Origin: Octopus sinensis
Taxonomy: Eukaryota
DNA length: 64,000 nt
Assembly: GCF_006345805.1 (NCBI RefSeq)
Contig: NC_042999.1
Location: forward strand, 105,214,001-105,278,000
Reading direction: 5' to 3'
The position numbers and the translations under genes were made by a program. Each line of letters opens with the position of its first letter. The stretch's first letter is position 1. The notes beneath the pieces were generated by a model that ran no database searches, was not told the origin of the DNA, and saw only the letters and a program-made list of their open reading frames with translations. Shown piece by piece: positions 25,581-39,760 of this stretch.

Positions 25581-26299
25581 CATATTGTTTCTGAGTTTTC
25601 AATGGAAGATATTTCATGCATACTATTCAACTGTGAACGGAGTTTGGATCCAATCTAATCGCCTAATTCTAGTAAAATACGTTTTTGCAAATTAGATTTA
25701 AGTCTCCTAATGATTAAATAGTATTCGCTTTATCAATTTAAAACTAAACGCGTTTTTCAGTTTTGAAAGTAACGTATATGAGGATATTTCTAATTCCTCA
25801 TTTTCTAATTTGAGTTTCCATGAGGTTAATATTATATGAAATGTTGATCTTAGATTTAAGCAGAGAACTATTTTATCAATATTCGGGAAGTTTAAATTTG
25901 TCGCGTGATTTAATTGTACAACAGGAAAATTTAAACTTCTTTCACAGGAAAGCTGTAAAATTTAGTAGAATTAAATCGTCTATTAATCTCTTGCTTAATG
26001 ATTTTTCCTCGTGATTCTATTGTAATAATGCTAATAACAATACCGTATCAGTTTACTAGGTCACATTAAATATTTTATGCACAAATCATATAAAAAAAAT
26101 ACCTAATTCACGATATTGATGTTGTGTAAAAGAAGGAACCAACGCTTACGTTTCGTTGAATATCGAGGCCACAGCACCAAAATGTCGAGTCCCATCGACA
26201 CCGGACACCGCCAAATGCAACCAAGGAGCAGTGTGATGTAATAAACAAAGTGAGGATTTTGAGTCTAAATCCTCATGCAATTATAGTACTTCCGACAAC

Positions 26300-26660
26300 A
26301 TTCTATAAATTTCGATTCTCTATACGTCATCTCATAAAACTTAACCACCCTGCACATGCCTTCAGTGGCGTTGAAATTGGTATCTTGCTATCACTCTGCA
26401 GATATTCTCTTGTTGTTACACACAGAGGAGTCATAACTGCCTACATGGAAATGCCAATGAAATTGATTGTCAAGGCATTATTCACAGACGCGTTTCTGTA
26501 TTTCATCTGATGAATGTTTTCTCCAATAACTCTCTTATTTCTTCGCCTAGTATCTGAGCCATGTTGCAGTACTTAGGCACTCATATCTCCCTCACTATTA
26601 CTTTTCTTATCAAATCCCACAGGCTTCCCAATAATTCTCACAAGTGCATGTATTTCCTTA
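26300..26660 (-). mobile_element. pogo/Tigger-like transposase remnant (CENP-B HTH region)
   Basis: LKACAGWLSFMR*RIENRNL resembles FxASxGWLxRFKxR. Multiple stops. Confidence 0.45.
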
Positions 26661-28048
26661 ATGTTCCATGTACAACAACTTCAACGGAACGCGCACACCC
26701 TCGATTTTACTGGCATCTAAGGCCAGTGATCAACACGAGTAGAGTACCTTCCTCTAGACCTGACAATTGGAATAATTTCACAAATCATTCTTGGATCCAA
26801 CTCTATGGAACGAGTCATTTGCAAAGAGGGCTTTCAATAATGTGTACAGTTATACCCTTCTAAATTAATCCCACTCAAGAATATAAAGCTGGGAGTTAAT
26901 GACTCGTACATTCAAAGTTTAGACTATACGTTGTTTGTTCAACGTAGTAATGTGAACATATACAAGTTGTACTTGCTCGTTGTAGTTGTTCTATTTTAGG
27001 CATTTGTTAATTTGAGGTTGATAACTGAGTGTCAGTATGGGATTTCCTAAGATTGTTGACGTTTATCCGAATGTATTTGAATTTCATTTCAGTGTGATGA
27101 ACGCTTAATACAATCTTCTGAGTGAATTATGTCAACCTTTTTTATTGAAAATATATGCTAAGAAAGAAAGCAATTATATTTTAAACTTCAGGCATATTTA
27201 AAGTTACAATTTTTATGATAAAAACATTCTAACCCATGGTGAGTTTCAATGACAGTAAGCTTCGTTGTATGCATTTGTTACCTAATTTGACCTTCTTTAC
27301 TTAAGACACTGGTAATTCGATATATATATTGACAAGTATTTGAATCATTTCTATGTAAGTTGTTGAATAAAGAGTCGGATTAAATTTTTAACATACAAAA
27401 GTAAAATTCATGAGCAACAGGAATTTCTTATTTTATCCATTTTTGCATATCAGATTGTGTTCATGCATTGACAAGATATTACTTTAAAGAATAATTTCGA
27501 AAGGAAGGTGACATGTTTTGGAAAGATAAAGTGTTCGGAAATTGCTATGTACATATGTAAAATATGCTTATCAAATCCAATTCACGCCTTCATCTACAAT
27601 ACAAAACTCGGTAGTGGTCTTGTATCATATTATTGCCGCTTTTTAATTCCACGATAAGACTGAAAGTGCTCCATTTATGCCCAACATTTCCCCTTTTCAG
27701 TATCTTACAACAATTAATGTAAAGAGATTCGTGTGATTTGCAGCACTAAAATAAATAAATAAGTAAATATTTCTCCTATAGTCAACTTTTACTTGTCGTA
27801 TCAATAGTTACTGGTGTAATTTATGCATAAGCGAATGAGTTGCGTGAATATGAAACGTGTAGAATACTACAGACTGAATATAAATTTAATAGTTTTTCGA
27901 AACTAGCCAACTAATTTAATAGGAGCAATAACCCCATCATATCACTGAATATTTACTTGGTGTAAGAGGGATGTCTACGTAAAAACAACTTATTCTAATA
28001 CAAGCCTATGCAAATTTAAATATTCATTCAACTTCCCATTTTACACTA

Positions 28049-28839
28049 ACTAGCAGCATAGCCCGGCGTTGCCCGGGTATGTAAGAGCCCCTAGTAGGCA
28101 ACGACTAATCCCAATATAGTCCTTTCTCTCTAGGGAACGAAGGCGCATGTATAGGTTGCAATGTCTTCTCTTCACTCCCAAATAACTATCAAACAGCTAT
28201 CGATAATTCAACCCAACCAATTCCTACCAGGAAGAAATTACATTCGAAACTTTACTGCTAATAGCTGCTGCAGCCGCAAGTTATTCGAATACTTTTTTTG
28301 TTTACACTTTCTTTATAACTACCACCCCAAACGTTTTACCTTAAATTTTTGACGTACCCTAAGGGTCCTCGGACGCTACTTGCAAACTCTTGGTTTATTA
28401 TAAACCGCTTTTGTCGTGTGCACCAAAAAAACATTTTCCATTCGTTTGTTCAGTTTGGTCACTTTTGACTTTTTCGTTGTTGTCACTCACATTGCTGCCC
28501 GCTTTTTTGCCGTTTTGGTACATTTTTATACATTTTGGGATACTTACCCCACGTGTTCCGAGAGTTAAAAAGGTCGAGTTGCGTCCCCTAGACAGTCTGT
28601 AGAAAATGTGTTGCATGTAAAAAGCTTAGATTCTCGACCCATGTCGAATTTATCGCTTTTTTTCAGAACTGGGGGAACTTTTCAAAATTTTCGCTGCGTT
28701 AGTTTTGAATTATGACATTGGGCTATGTGTGTGTCAAGTTTCATCAGAATCGGTGGTAAGCCGTGGTCAGGGTGAGGGTACAACCTGACAGACACACAGA
28801 CACACAGACAGACAAACTGCCGTTTATATATAGAGAGAT
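28049..28839 (+). mobile_element. Non-autonomous Helentron/Helitron-associated element (DINE-1/Lep1-like architecture)
   Basis: 5' ACTAGC plus hairpin CCCGGCGTTGCCCGGG; internal AAGTTTCATCAGAATCGG; 3' (GACA)-type microsatellite ending TTTATATATAGAGAGAT. No coding capacity recognised. Confidence 0.7.
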
Positions 28840-31777
28840 GATATGTCAAGCCACAAATTATCCAGCCCTCGGATATTTTGGAAAATATCAAATATGTAGC
28901 GTGTATCTAGCGTGGCTAAGAGACTCATTTGGAAATTGGATTTGAAAATGAACATAAAATATAAGTAGATTTTAGTAAGGCACGAGATGCAAATCTAACA
29001 TAATGCTAAATCAGGATATAAGAAGTTAAAAAATCTCACAAGTGTCCAAAAGAAAGCTGACACTTATAAATTATAAGGAAAAGAAAATTCTCACTAAAAT
29101 AACACGAAACGCTTTTCTCTTGTTGCTCAGAAATAGTATTAAATGGAAAGAAATCACGGATAGTAACATGTCTTAGTTTGTGATAAACAAGAACTGAGAA
29201 ACAAATATGAATATCATAGACATTAGTGGAGGAAATTTGTAAAAGAATGAAGTAGAATAATACCTCTATAAAACAAAACGAAATGGTGAAATATTTTTTT
29301 AAAGAAAATAAGATGAAGAGCGAGGATTAATTTAACTCAAATGACAGAAGATATTTCAGCCGAAACAAAACATATCAAGTGTAGAATAAAAAAGTACAAG
29401 CAAGTTTACAATTTATTTCTGAAACACACCAAAATATGAATTTCCAGATATGACCTTAAGCAAGTCAAGCAAATGAGGGAAGTGGAGAGAAAAAAATGTT
29501 TCCTATCTAGAAAAGAAAATATAAATGTATATCAATAAAATAATATGGACTGTGTAATCGTCAGTTTGTGCGGCTGGTCAGGCATACAATTATTACAGAT
29601 TAGAGTTCAAGTGGAAAGACATACAATTACGTGGAAGAATTTTTTTCATTTGGTAACACACTGAATGTGTGTTCAAATTGCAACGTTTACATACACACAT
29701 CAACAAACAGTCTGCTTTGGTTTCACACATCTAATATTGAAACGTTTGTACACAGCCATGATGTTAAGTTGATATTTAGTCAAATTCTCAGTTTAACAAC
29801 ATTGGATATATTTTGATTTGTGTTATATTTCGGAAATTCAGTAACTATATCTTATTTCTGTTATCTGGCAAACAAAAATAGAGGAAGAACCAAATGATAA
29901 CAATGCAGAAAAATGAATCGAAAACGTAGAATTTTATGTGAATAATAACTAGGAGGTTAAGTCCTCATAAATTAAGTAATAAAATTTATAGGGAGATTGA
30001 CAGTCATATTGTTCCTGCTTAGTATGCGATCAGCCTAAACCGAGCAGGCACAGAACGAGTGGTATCACATCAGCTAACCTGTTTTTCCTATACGTCTTGT
30101 CATTGTATGTTATGCAGATACCATTAGGCAGTATAAATGCTTTATATATTTTTTAAAATGATAGGATTGGATTTCAACGAAATTTGAGTGTGGAGACTTC
30201 TCCAGCGGTGCAAGATTTATGATGTTATATATGTGTATATGTATCCTTATGTGTGTTTACGTGTGTTTGTATCTGTCTGCGTGCATTTGTATACGTTTGT
30301 CTGCATGCGTGTCCGATTATGTGTTAGTATAACCGAGGTAATTCTAAAATGAAATCAAGAATAATATGTGCAAAGACCCCTCTCAATCGGAGTAGTATAT
30401 GGTTTATACAGATAATAACTGAGGTTTGCTTAGTAGAGGTGATTTATATCTATTTGCAATATGATGATTGTCAAATTCTGAAATGAGCGATATAGAAAAA
30501 TCACCGTGGAGAATTATCTTTCAAATAGACGAAAGAACAACTTTTTGAAAAATAGAATAACAAAAAATAAACTAGTGGGAATGCAGTTTTTATGCAAAAT
30601 TTCAGCCGATATTAAATGTGCTTGTATTAATTTTCATGATTTTTTTTTCTGTCTCTTGCCATATCATTTAATTCCCTCTTATCAATATTTGCATTGCTAC
30701 TATTGATATAATTAACTTTGTAGGATAGATCTGTGACAATTCATGCATTTTTATGTATTTTGAAATGTTGTGAAAAAAAGAAAACATTCAATTACATTGA
30801 AAAATAAACTTAGATAAAAGCATTTAGCAACTCTAAATTTACTCAATATACTAAAAACCGGTTGGGAAAAAAATCGACGACTAATTTATATATTTTGTTT
30901 TTAATTCATAGAAAACCATTTAATGATATTGAATTTTCAAATGTTGAGAAAAACACGAAGGGAAAAGAGTTTTATATGATATTTTTTATGCAATATATTA
31001 GGAAATATTGCATAAGGATCTAATGGTATTGCACATTGAAATTTCAGGAAAGCATTTGAAGACAGAAATCTATAGTCATTGTTGTTTGGCATTATATTTT
31101 TTGGTATAATAACAATTTTGAAATGATGTAATAATTTTTAATTACTATTGTATTTTGTAAACAAGTACATATTCCAAGCACATTTTCAATTTTTTTTGCC
31201 TAAGTGGCGTGATGTTTGCAAGTTTTCAAAACATTTGATATAGGTATATATGTGCGTGGGTGCATATATGAGCATGTGAGTGTGAGTTTCTGCGTATGAA
31301 TATACAAATCTATACATTTATACACGTAGAAACACACAAACACACTCGCAGACACGCCAAAACACACGTGCACGCACACACACTCACGCACACTTATTCA
31401 ATAACCCTAAATGTGACCGTCGATGTCCAAAAATGTGGGTTCAACTGTTAGTTTACACAGAAAGATAATCTGGTTTCAGGAATGAAGCACAAAGATGATG
31501 CAACTGTTTACAATAGATTCAGTAATACACCGGAAGAATCTCCATATCTATGGTTAGTTGCCTTCGCCAATGCTTAGAGTCCAGGCAACCCTGGGTGTCA
31601 ACGTATGCACCTGGTTACAAGAACTGAATTTTCCTCGGAAATATATACATACATATTATAAACATATATAAATATATGTATACATATATGAATATATATA
31701 TACGTGTGTGTGTATCTATCTATCTATCTACATACCTATCTATCTATGTATCTATCTATCTATATATAGATATATGC

Positions 31778-31817
<40 letters not shown>

Positions 31818-31837
31818 CAATAGATAATATATGTATG

Positions 31838-31891
<54 letters not shown>

Positions 31892-31985
31892 AATGAAGGG
31901 TGAAATTAATTAATTTGGAAAATTATCATTACACCAAGTAGTCTTCGGCATGTAAAAGCCTCATTCGAGGAAATTTAAGTAATAC

Positions 31986-32142
31986 TAAGCAATAAGGTTT
32001 AGCAACGAGTTGCCTTACCACATACCGAATTTAGAAAAGCAGTCAAAGTTATAGCTATTTTAGTAGAAGAATAGCTATAACCCTTTGACTGCTATTTCTA
32101 ATTCGGTATGTAAGGCAACTCGTTGCTAAACCTTATTGCTTA
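31986..32142. repeat. Long near-perfect inverted repeat
   Basis: Arms 31986-32059 and 32070-32142 with small indels, 10-nt loop TTAGTAGAAG, followed by (TA)n. Confidence 0.92.
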
Positions 32143-32156
32143 TATATATATATATA

Positions 32157-34630
32157 TTGTTTGGCATCCTTTCTGTCTCGAGACAATGGAGTTGCGCATT
32201 TTTTTTTCTAGGTCTAGTCCGGCTGTTATTTTATTTCCTGTTACATTCTTGCTGTGGCTGTGTAGTCCTATCCTGGACAAACACTCCCTCTGGCAGGTAC
32301 TGCAAATGTAGCGAAGACTGTTCCTGGCTGATTGTAGTGCCATGGTCTCTTGTTTATGTCTCTTCCTTTCTTTCCATTTCTCCTCTCTCTTTCTGTCACT
32401 CCTCTGTATACCCTCTTTTACTGTACGTCGCCATTCTCCACGGTTGCCGGCGACTGCCTCCCAACCGCTAATGTTTATGTTGCAGGCCTTCATATCCCTT
32501 TTGCAAACATCCTTGTAACGCAAGATCGGTCTACCCACAGACCTAGTACCCCTAGCAAGCTCTCCGTAGAGTATGTCCTTGGGGATTCTGCCATCTTTCA
32601 TACGGCTAACATGCCCAAGCCATCTCATACGTCTTTGTGTGAGGAGTGCAAACATGCTTGGTATTCCTGCTTGCCTGAGGACATCTTTGTTGGGGATATG
32701 ATTCTGCCATTTGATGTGGAGGATTTTTCGGAGGCAGCGCAGGTGAAAGATTTTAGGCGACGCTCTTGGCGTGTGTTATAGCGTCCAGGTCTCGCTTCCA
32801 TACAGTAGAGTGCTGAGTACACATGCCTGGTAGATCTTCATTTTTGTGGTCTTGGTCAGCTTATTGTTGTCCCAAGCCCGTTTGGAGAGTTGGGCCATCG
32901 CAGCAGCTGCCTTGCCAATGCGTATATTGAGCTCAGCGTCAAGGGATAGGTTGTAGGTGACGGTAGAGCCCAGATAGGTAAACTTCTCCACCTCTTGTAA
33001 TCTGTGGTCTCCAATATATATGTTTGGGATGTCCGATGTAGCCTGGCCCATGATGTTGGTCTTCTTAAGACTGATAGCTAAGCCAAAGTCGTTACATGCT
33101 TGCTCAAAACAGTTAATGAGCCTTTGGAGGGCTTCTTCTGTGTGTTACCAGAGCGGCATCATCAGCAAATAACATCTCCTTGATCAGGACGTTTCTGATT
33201 TTGGTCTTGGCACGCAGGCGCGAGAGATTGAACAGTTTCCCGTCACTTCTACTGTGCAGAAACACTCCATCATCTGATGTCTGAAAGGCATGTGACAGCA
33301 AGAGTGAGAAGAAGATGCCAAACAATGTAGGAGCGAGGACACAGCCTTGCTTTACCCCGTTTTTTATTTAGAAGGCGGCTGATGTTGAACCGTTGTGCTG
33401 TATGGTGCCTTGCATGTCATCATGGAAAGACTTGATGATCCTCAGCAGCTTTGGTGGACATCCGATTTTTTGGAGCAGGAGGAAGAGGCCTGTTCTGCTT
33501 ACCGAGTCAAAAGCCTTTGTTAGATAAATGAAGGCCATATATAATGGCATTTTCTGCTCTCTGGACTTCTCCTGAAGTTGGCGTATGGAGAATATCATAT
33601 CGATAGTTGATCTGCTTCTTCTAAAGCCACACTGCGATTCCGGATAGATTCGAGAAGCAAGTAGTTGTAGCATGGCCAGGATAACGCGGGCAAAGGTCTT
33701 TCCAACAGTGCTTAGAAGGGATATACCACGGTAATTGTTACAATCACCACGGTCACCTTTGTTTTTGTAGAGCGTAATGATGTTGGCATCCCGCATATCC
33801 TGAGGGACTGTACCCTCTTCCCAGCACTGACACAGAAGCTCATGAAGGTGCCGAAGCAGGATGGTGTTTTTGCCGGCTTTGATGATCTCTGAGGGGATGC
33901 CGTCTTTTCCCGGAGCCTTATTTCTTGCTAGGGAGTCAACAGCCTTGGTGAGCTCTGCTATAGATGGCGGACTGTCAAGTTCGCACATGACTGGCAAGAT
34001 CTTGACACTCTCGACTGCAGCCTCAGCCACTGTGGTCTCCCGTGAGTAGAGATCCTGGTAGTGCTCCACCCATCTATCCATTTGCTTGCCTTGATCCCTG
34101 ATGAGATCTCCAGTAGTTGATTTCAGAGGGGCTGACTTGGTTGCGGACGGACCGAGGGCCTTCTTCAAACCAGCATACATCCCACGGGTGTCGCCCCTGT
34201 CAGCAGCTGACTGGATACTCTGACAGATTTCCTGCCAATACCTATTTGCACAGCATCTGGCTGTCAGTTGGGTTTTATTTCGTGCCTTTCTGAGTTCTTC
34301 GAGTGACTTTGTAGAAGAGTCACTCTTGTATTGCACCAGAGCTGCACGCTTTGCTTCGATAACTGGCTCCAGCTCTGAGAGCCCAGCATTGAACCAATCT
34401 GGGTTTTGCCTTTCTCTCATGCCGAAAGTATCCAATGATGTCGTATACAAGGCTTCCCTGATATAGTCCCACCTACTTTCAGCAGAGGAGGTTGGGCAGC
34501 TACTGAGGGCAACCTTGATAGAAGCAGCAAAACATTTTCGCAGTGTAGGGTCCGAGGTTCTGGCGGTGTTGATGCGTGGTCGGCCCACTTTCTTGGAGCG
34601 ATGGACTTTTTTAGGGAGAATCCTCACCCA
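32157..34630 (-). mobile_element. 5'-truncated RTE (BovB-like clade) LINE with several frameshifts
   Basis: ORFs 33368-34645 (KAPGKDGIP, NYRGISLLS, PESQCGFR, AFIYLTKAFDSV), GVKQGCVLAPT, 33113-33325 (MLFADDAAL), 32776-33051 (FTYLGS, LLYGSETW) and 32140-32655 (RWLGHVSRM, CSTCQRECLSRIGLHSH). (TA)n tail. Confidence 0.97.
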
Positions 34631-35362
34631 TACATATATATGCAAATTGAATTAGTGGATCCGGTGAAATGCACCTAGCGAGCAGATTTCTCATGTAATA
34701 ATCACCCAACTAGCTACTCGTCAAGGCGAAGATACTTTAATTATATGAAAGGTTACATTGTCGTTAAGTAATCTCAAGTTTACTCGCCAGAGGTCCCTTC
34801 CCTCACTTTGAATTTTTATTTTTATTCATAGCAACTGAAGTTGCTCTCCGTGAGTTACCAAAATCTATTTTCAACTGAACAAACTTTGATATGGGAAAAA
34901 CCTGCAACCTTCAACGGTAGCAAATTAGTTTGGTTCCTTCCAAGTTGCTTATCATACCTACCTCAGACTGCTCTAATAGTTACATACACACACACATATG
35001 TATGTATATATGTATATATGTATGTGTATATATATATATATACACACATACCTATATACAATTATACATACATACTTATAAAGAGAGACAGAGAGGCAAA
35101 GTGAGAGGGAGCCGCACACGCGCTCCCCCAAACACACAACTTGTAATTGGATGACAGTTGCTATCTCTGACTTCATTCACTGTCCCAAATCAACTGTACC
35201 AAGCAGGCCTGCCGGTTACGCTGGTTGAGTAGGTTAGAGTTCGACCGTGCAACATATTTTACAGGGTTACATGTTACTAGTGGCACTCCAAAATAAAACA
35301 AATGGTCCTGGACACAGACAATAACACACACACACACACGAATATATATATATAATATATAT

Positions 35363-35428
<66 letters not shown>

Positions 35429-35801
35429 TATACGAGTGGGTGAAAGTGTGTGTGTATGTATGTATATATGTATTTTACACTCTGTATCTTATTTTCACAG
35501 CTGGCAAACAATATCATTTTCTTCTAAACAGTTACAACGTAGGATCGACAATTATATCTTCTGGAGGACAACTTAACAAATCGATAGGTAATGGAAATGC
35601 ATCGATTCGTAAAACCATTGCAAAAATGCATATCATGCATAACATCAATTCACATTTTCCCCTGCTGTATGCATTAAATTTCATGCATCGTGACATTGTT
35701 TCAAAATCATACCAATATGGAAACATGAAGGATATCTGCTTCATTAGTTGCAATTTAGGCACATTCACAAACGCATATGTATATATATTCTCAGCTAGTT
35801 A

Positions 35802-36047
<246 letters not shown>

Positions 36048-39000
36048 TCGTGAACAAGCGTCGATCTTCCAGCATTTTATTTGTGATATTAAGTCTCGAT
36101 CGTCAATATATTATAATGCATCTCTTAGAATATATACGTGAATAATACGTCTTGTTCTACTGCAATAAAAGAAATCCTTATTCTTTGGTATCACATGCCG
36201 AAGTAATACTTTACTGACAAATATATTCTGCAAAGCTTAGACATGTAATTCTTTTGTGAGTCTAGACATTAGGTTTAAATTATTCATCAGGCAAAAAAAA
36301 AAGAATAAACACTTTCTGAAGCATTAAAAAATGAACTAAAATATAAAAACATTAATAAAAGAGAAACATTAAGGGTAACAATGATATAGAAATAATTATA
36401 ATAAAAGCTGCAAGTGAAAAGTAATGAATGGAAAGGGAATAAAAAAAAGAGAATCTGAATTACCAAAAATGTAAAAGAAAAACAATTCTCTATTCTTTTA
36501 AAACACCGAACATATTCTCTGCATAACAATAAAATTTTTCTACAAAATTTTTTCTATTGAGAATCCAAAATAGAAAATGGACACTGAACAGAAATTGAGT
36601 TCAACAGAATTGTTGGCCTGTGGTAACATTACAATATCACATTTATTTCGCGTTGGATAGTTGTAGTTCTCATCATATATTTCATTATTCATTATTTGGT
36701 GTTAAAGGTACCAGAGAAGTAAGAGAATCAGTAAAACGGGGCACGGGTTTTTTTACGTGCTAATATGTTTAGAAACGATTATACTGCGCCTGGGCATACT
36801 ATTGAGTCTTGTCTCTTGGCTCATAAATAGTAGACAAGTACAGGGATTACCTGATTTGAATACACCATTCATACACACATTTGTCCTACATTGATGATAA
36901 AAATCAACTTTATGAGAAGTGCTGAAAAGTAAAGTTTTAGGTGGTTACGTTGATTGTTTGTATGAAGAGAATGAACCGTTTGTATTTTATGACTATAACG
37001 TTGCTATAATCTTAGTAAAATCACTTAAAAAAACAATTTAAGTGTTAACGTAGTTGAGAATATTCACCTTGCAGAGCAGTATTTTAAAACTGTGAGATAC
37101 ATTAGTATCATAAAAATGAGTATGTTTTTGCACTGCCGCAGAGTGTACCGAAACTCTTATAGTTTATAGTTTGTAAAGGTAACGTGTAGAAATCATTGAT
37201 GGGAACAGCTATTTAGCTCTGTTCATGGCATATATGTTAGCTGGATGATAATTTTATTATTTGAATAAGTATAAATACTTTATTTTATAAAGTAACGTGC
37301 ATTGAATTGTGAATGCATGCTTTTTCTTAACCCACTATATCGTATCAAAAATTACTTATTTTATTTGCGCGACTGACTTTTTCCTAGTCTAATATTTTTA
37401 GTTTTGCTTTTCCTCTCCGATACTTGTGTGAGAGAAATGTCATGGAATGTATTGAATAATTTTTAATAGAAGTCAGTTCCTGTGTATTTTTATAAGTTAC
37501 TGCTTGTCAATTTATTATTTTTGTTCTATATATTTTGTTTTATATATTTTGTTATTCTTCCTTGCTGACCTGATGGTCTTCTTTCTGTATCATAGTGCAT
37601 TTATTGACGATTTGGTTAAATTCCATTTTATTCTAAGTTTAAGCAGAAGATATTTTTGCATAATTGTCTAAAGAGAACCTTTTTGTCATAGAAGATGTAA
37701 ACGACCAAAGAAGTTTTTAAAATTTTCCAAAATGTTTCTGGTAAAGTGTTCGGATGATAACTTAGGCAATAAAATGAGAGGAAGTGAGCATTTTTTATGA
37801 AATCATGTCGGTCAAAAAAATGGGCAGCAATTGTGAATTGGGTGGAAAAGGGGATAACATGAGTAAAATTCTACAAACACGTTTTGTATAAATTGTAATG
37901 AACAGAAGTATTAGCTCCCTTCCACTATCACGGCCACCAATAAGCATTACTGCTCTTTTCCCACTGCCATCACTATCACCCAGGAATAACCACTACAAAA
38001 AAATCTGCATAGTCTTTACTGATATACTGACAATGTGCATGCTCATACCTGGTCTCTAGTGCTGAATGGTCTCTGTATACAGCAATATTTCCAGTATTTC
38101 CTCAGTGGCAAGACAAAATTTTCCCCTTAGCGAACACTTTCAGACTATGCTTTCCATCTGAAAGCATTCTACGCATTTCCCATGCCTGTGTGATTTGGCG
38201 CTTAAGTTACTGATATGCAAGTTAGAAACCAGACGGTTCTGTCGGTATGCATGCCTGACGTCACTGTTGTTACTGTGGAACACATCGAGTGTAAAGACGT
38301 TTGCTACGATTGTAAGTAATGCATGGGGGTATTGGATGTATGTTGGAACAATTAACAACAGTGGACACTGAAACCGACAGCCGTTCGTTTCACGGTCATG
38401 CAAATATGTTTCATGTCTAATATGTTTCGAACGTACTGGTAGTTAGAAATTATAACAGCAGTAATCTGAGCATGAACATTCGAACACAGAACTGAGTGAC
38501 AATTTAAACTACAACGCAGGCGATAATGTCAGACGCTTCTATCTGCTGTGTACTACAATCGCATAATAGACACTTCTTGTCTAACTCCACATGACTAGAA
38601 TGAAATACCGTAAACTTGATCTAGCTGTCGAAAACAAGATTAAAAAATTAACCAGATTAAAACAGTAATCTAAAGATCGCTATATGAAGAGTCAGATACA
38701 ACTGCCCGGTAGCGTCGTAGAGCAGAGAACGGAATTACTAGATAAATCACTCGGTGTCTTGTTTGGTCCAAATCTTCAGTGGGAAAGAACGAGAGTGAGC
38801 TAATAAGCAAGGTACACATGTATGGGGCAAGAATAAACTACCCCGAAGGATGACAAAGTTGGCAAATACCCCCATTGCTTTCATAATCTATTACCACCTA
38901 ACTTTCGTGCTATACAACAGATTCAGTCTTGAGAAAACCGAGTAGACCTTCCATATTTTATCCTATGTGGGGAAATTTTTCCTTTTTTTCAATTGTCTAC

Positions 39001-39079
39001 GCGTTCTTATGTAACATCGCAATGCATTGCCATGCATCATATTCAATCCTGTTGCCAACCTTATGCTTACTACATACAG

Positions 39080-39140
<61 letters not shown>

Positions 39141-39141
<1 letters not shown>

Positions 39142-39694
39142 GTGAGAGAGCAGCTCATGCCATCAAAGTGACACTGGGGTAAAATATACGAAGCCCAATA
39201 TACCAATCATGACCACCCGTCCGATAAAGGTACACCAGGCACATGCATCACAACCATATGTGCGCGACATGGTCATCTCATATCAAGATAAACAGCACAT
39301 GACCTTGCAGGTGGGGCCCAGTTAGAATTTTCTTCAGGTTGAGTAGCCCATCCCGCTCAAACGGTCCCTGAATAAGGGTTGTTTAAGGATGTTGAAAGAA
39401 CCACCCATGTTTCCAGAGGTGAATTATTCAAACCCCAAAGAATCCCTCTCAACACATGGCTATGATGCTCCCCCACTACTTCTGCTCATGATCAGAGATG
39501 CACATATCGTCAGCCACTAAGGGACATGCTCAACTGGTTAAGGTCAAACAACTGACAAGCAAATCTGTGGTATTGAGCAGAATATTTGCTGTAGACCATC
39601 TTTTATACCAAGACAAAACAATATACATGATAACACTTCCAATCAGTTAAGATCAGAAGCCATGAGAGCCACTGCCTGGTACTGCATCAGGGCA
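39141..39694 (-). mobile_element. 554-bp non-coding element flanked by (TTA)n on both sides
   Basis: Sharp borders with TTA arrays at 39081-39140 and 39695-39758, no ORF of 60 aa or more, GC-richer than flanks. Orientation inferred from TAA-tail polarity. Confidence 0.7.

Positions 39695-39758
<64 letters not shown>

Positions 39759-39760
<2 letters not shown>

Noticed and set aside
29625-29870. Strong minus-strand acceptor (TTCCTCTATTTTTGTTTGCCAG) near 29866
   Set aside because: All three frames stop within ten codons; at most a non-coding exon, which I cannot support.
31925-31975. Hammerhead-like string on the minus strand (CGAATGA-GGC-TTTTACAT-GCC-GAAGAC) next to the second palindrome
   Set aside because: Two core mismatches, GAAG instead of GAAA, and no convincing stem I. 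Worth revisiting only if the family consensus restores the core.
33368-34645. 425-aa ORF as an intact or domesticated gene
   Set aside because: It is a 5'-truncated RTE lacking the endonuclease domain, starts in flanking sequence, and has several downstream frameshifts.
38140-38403. GC-richer segment with a plus-strand GTAAGT near 38311 and an 87-aa minus ORF
   Set aside because: No acceptor gives a clean open frame, and no homology was recognised.
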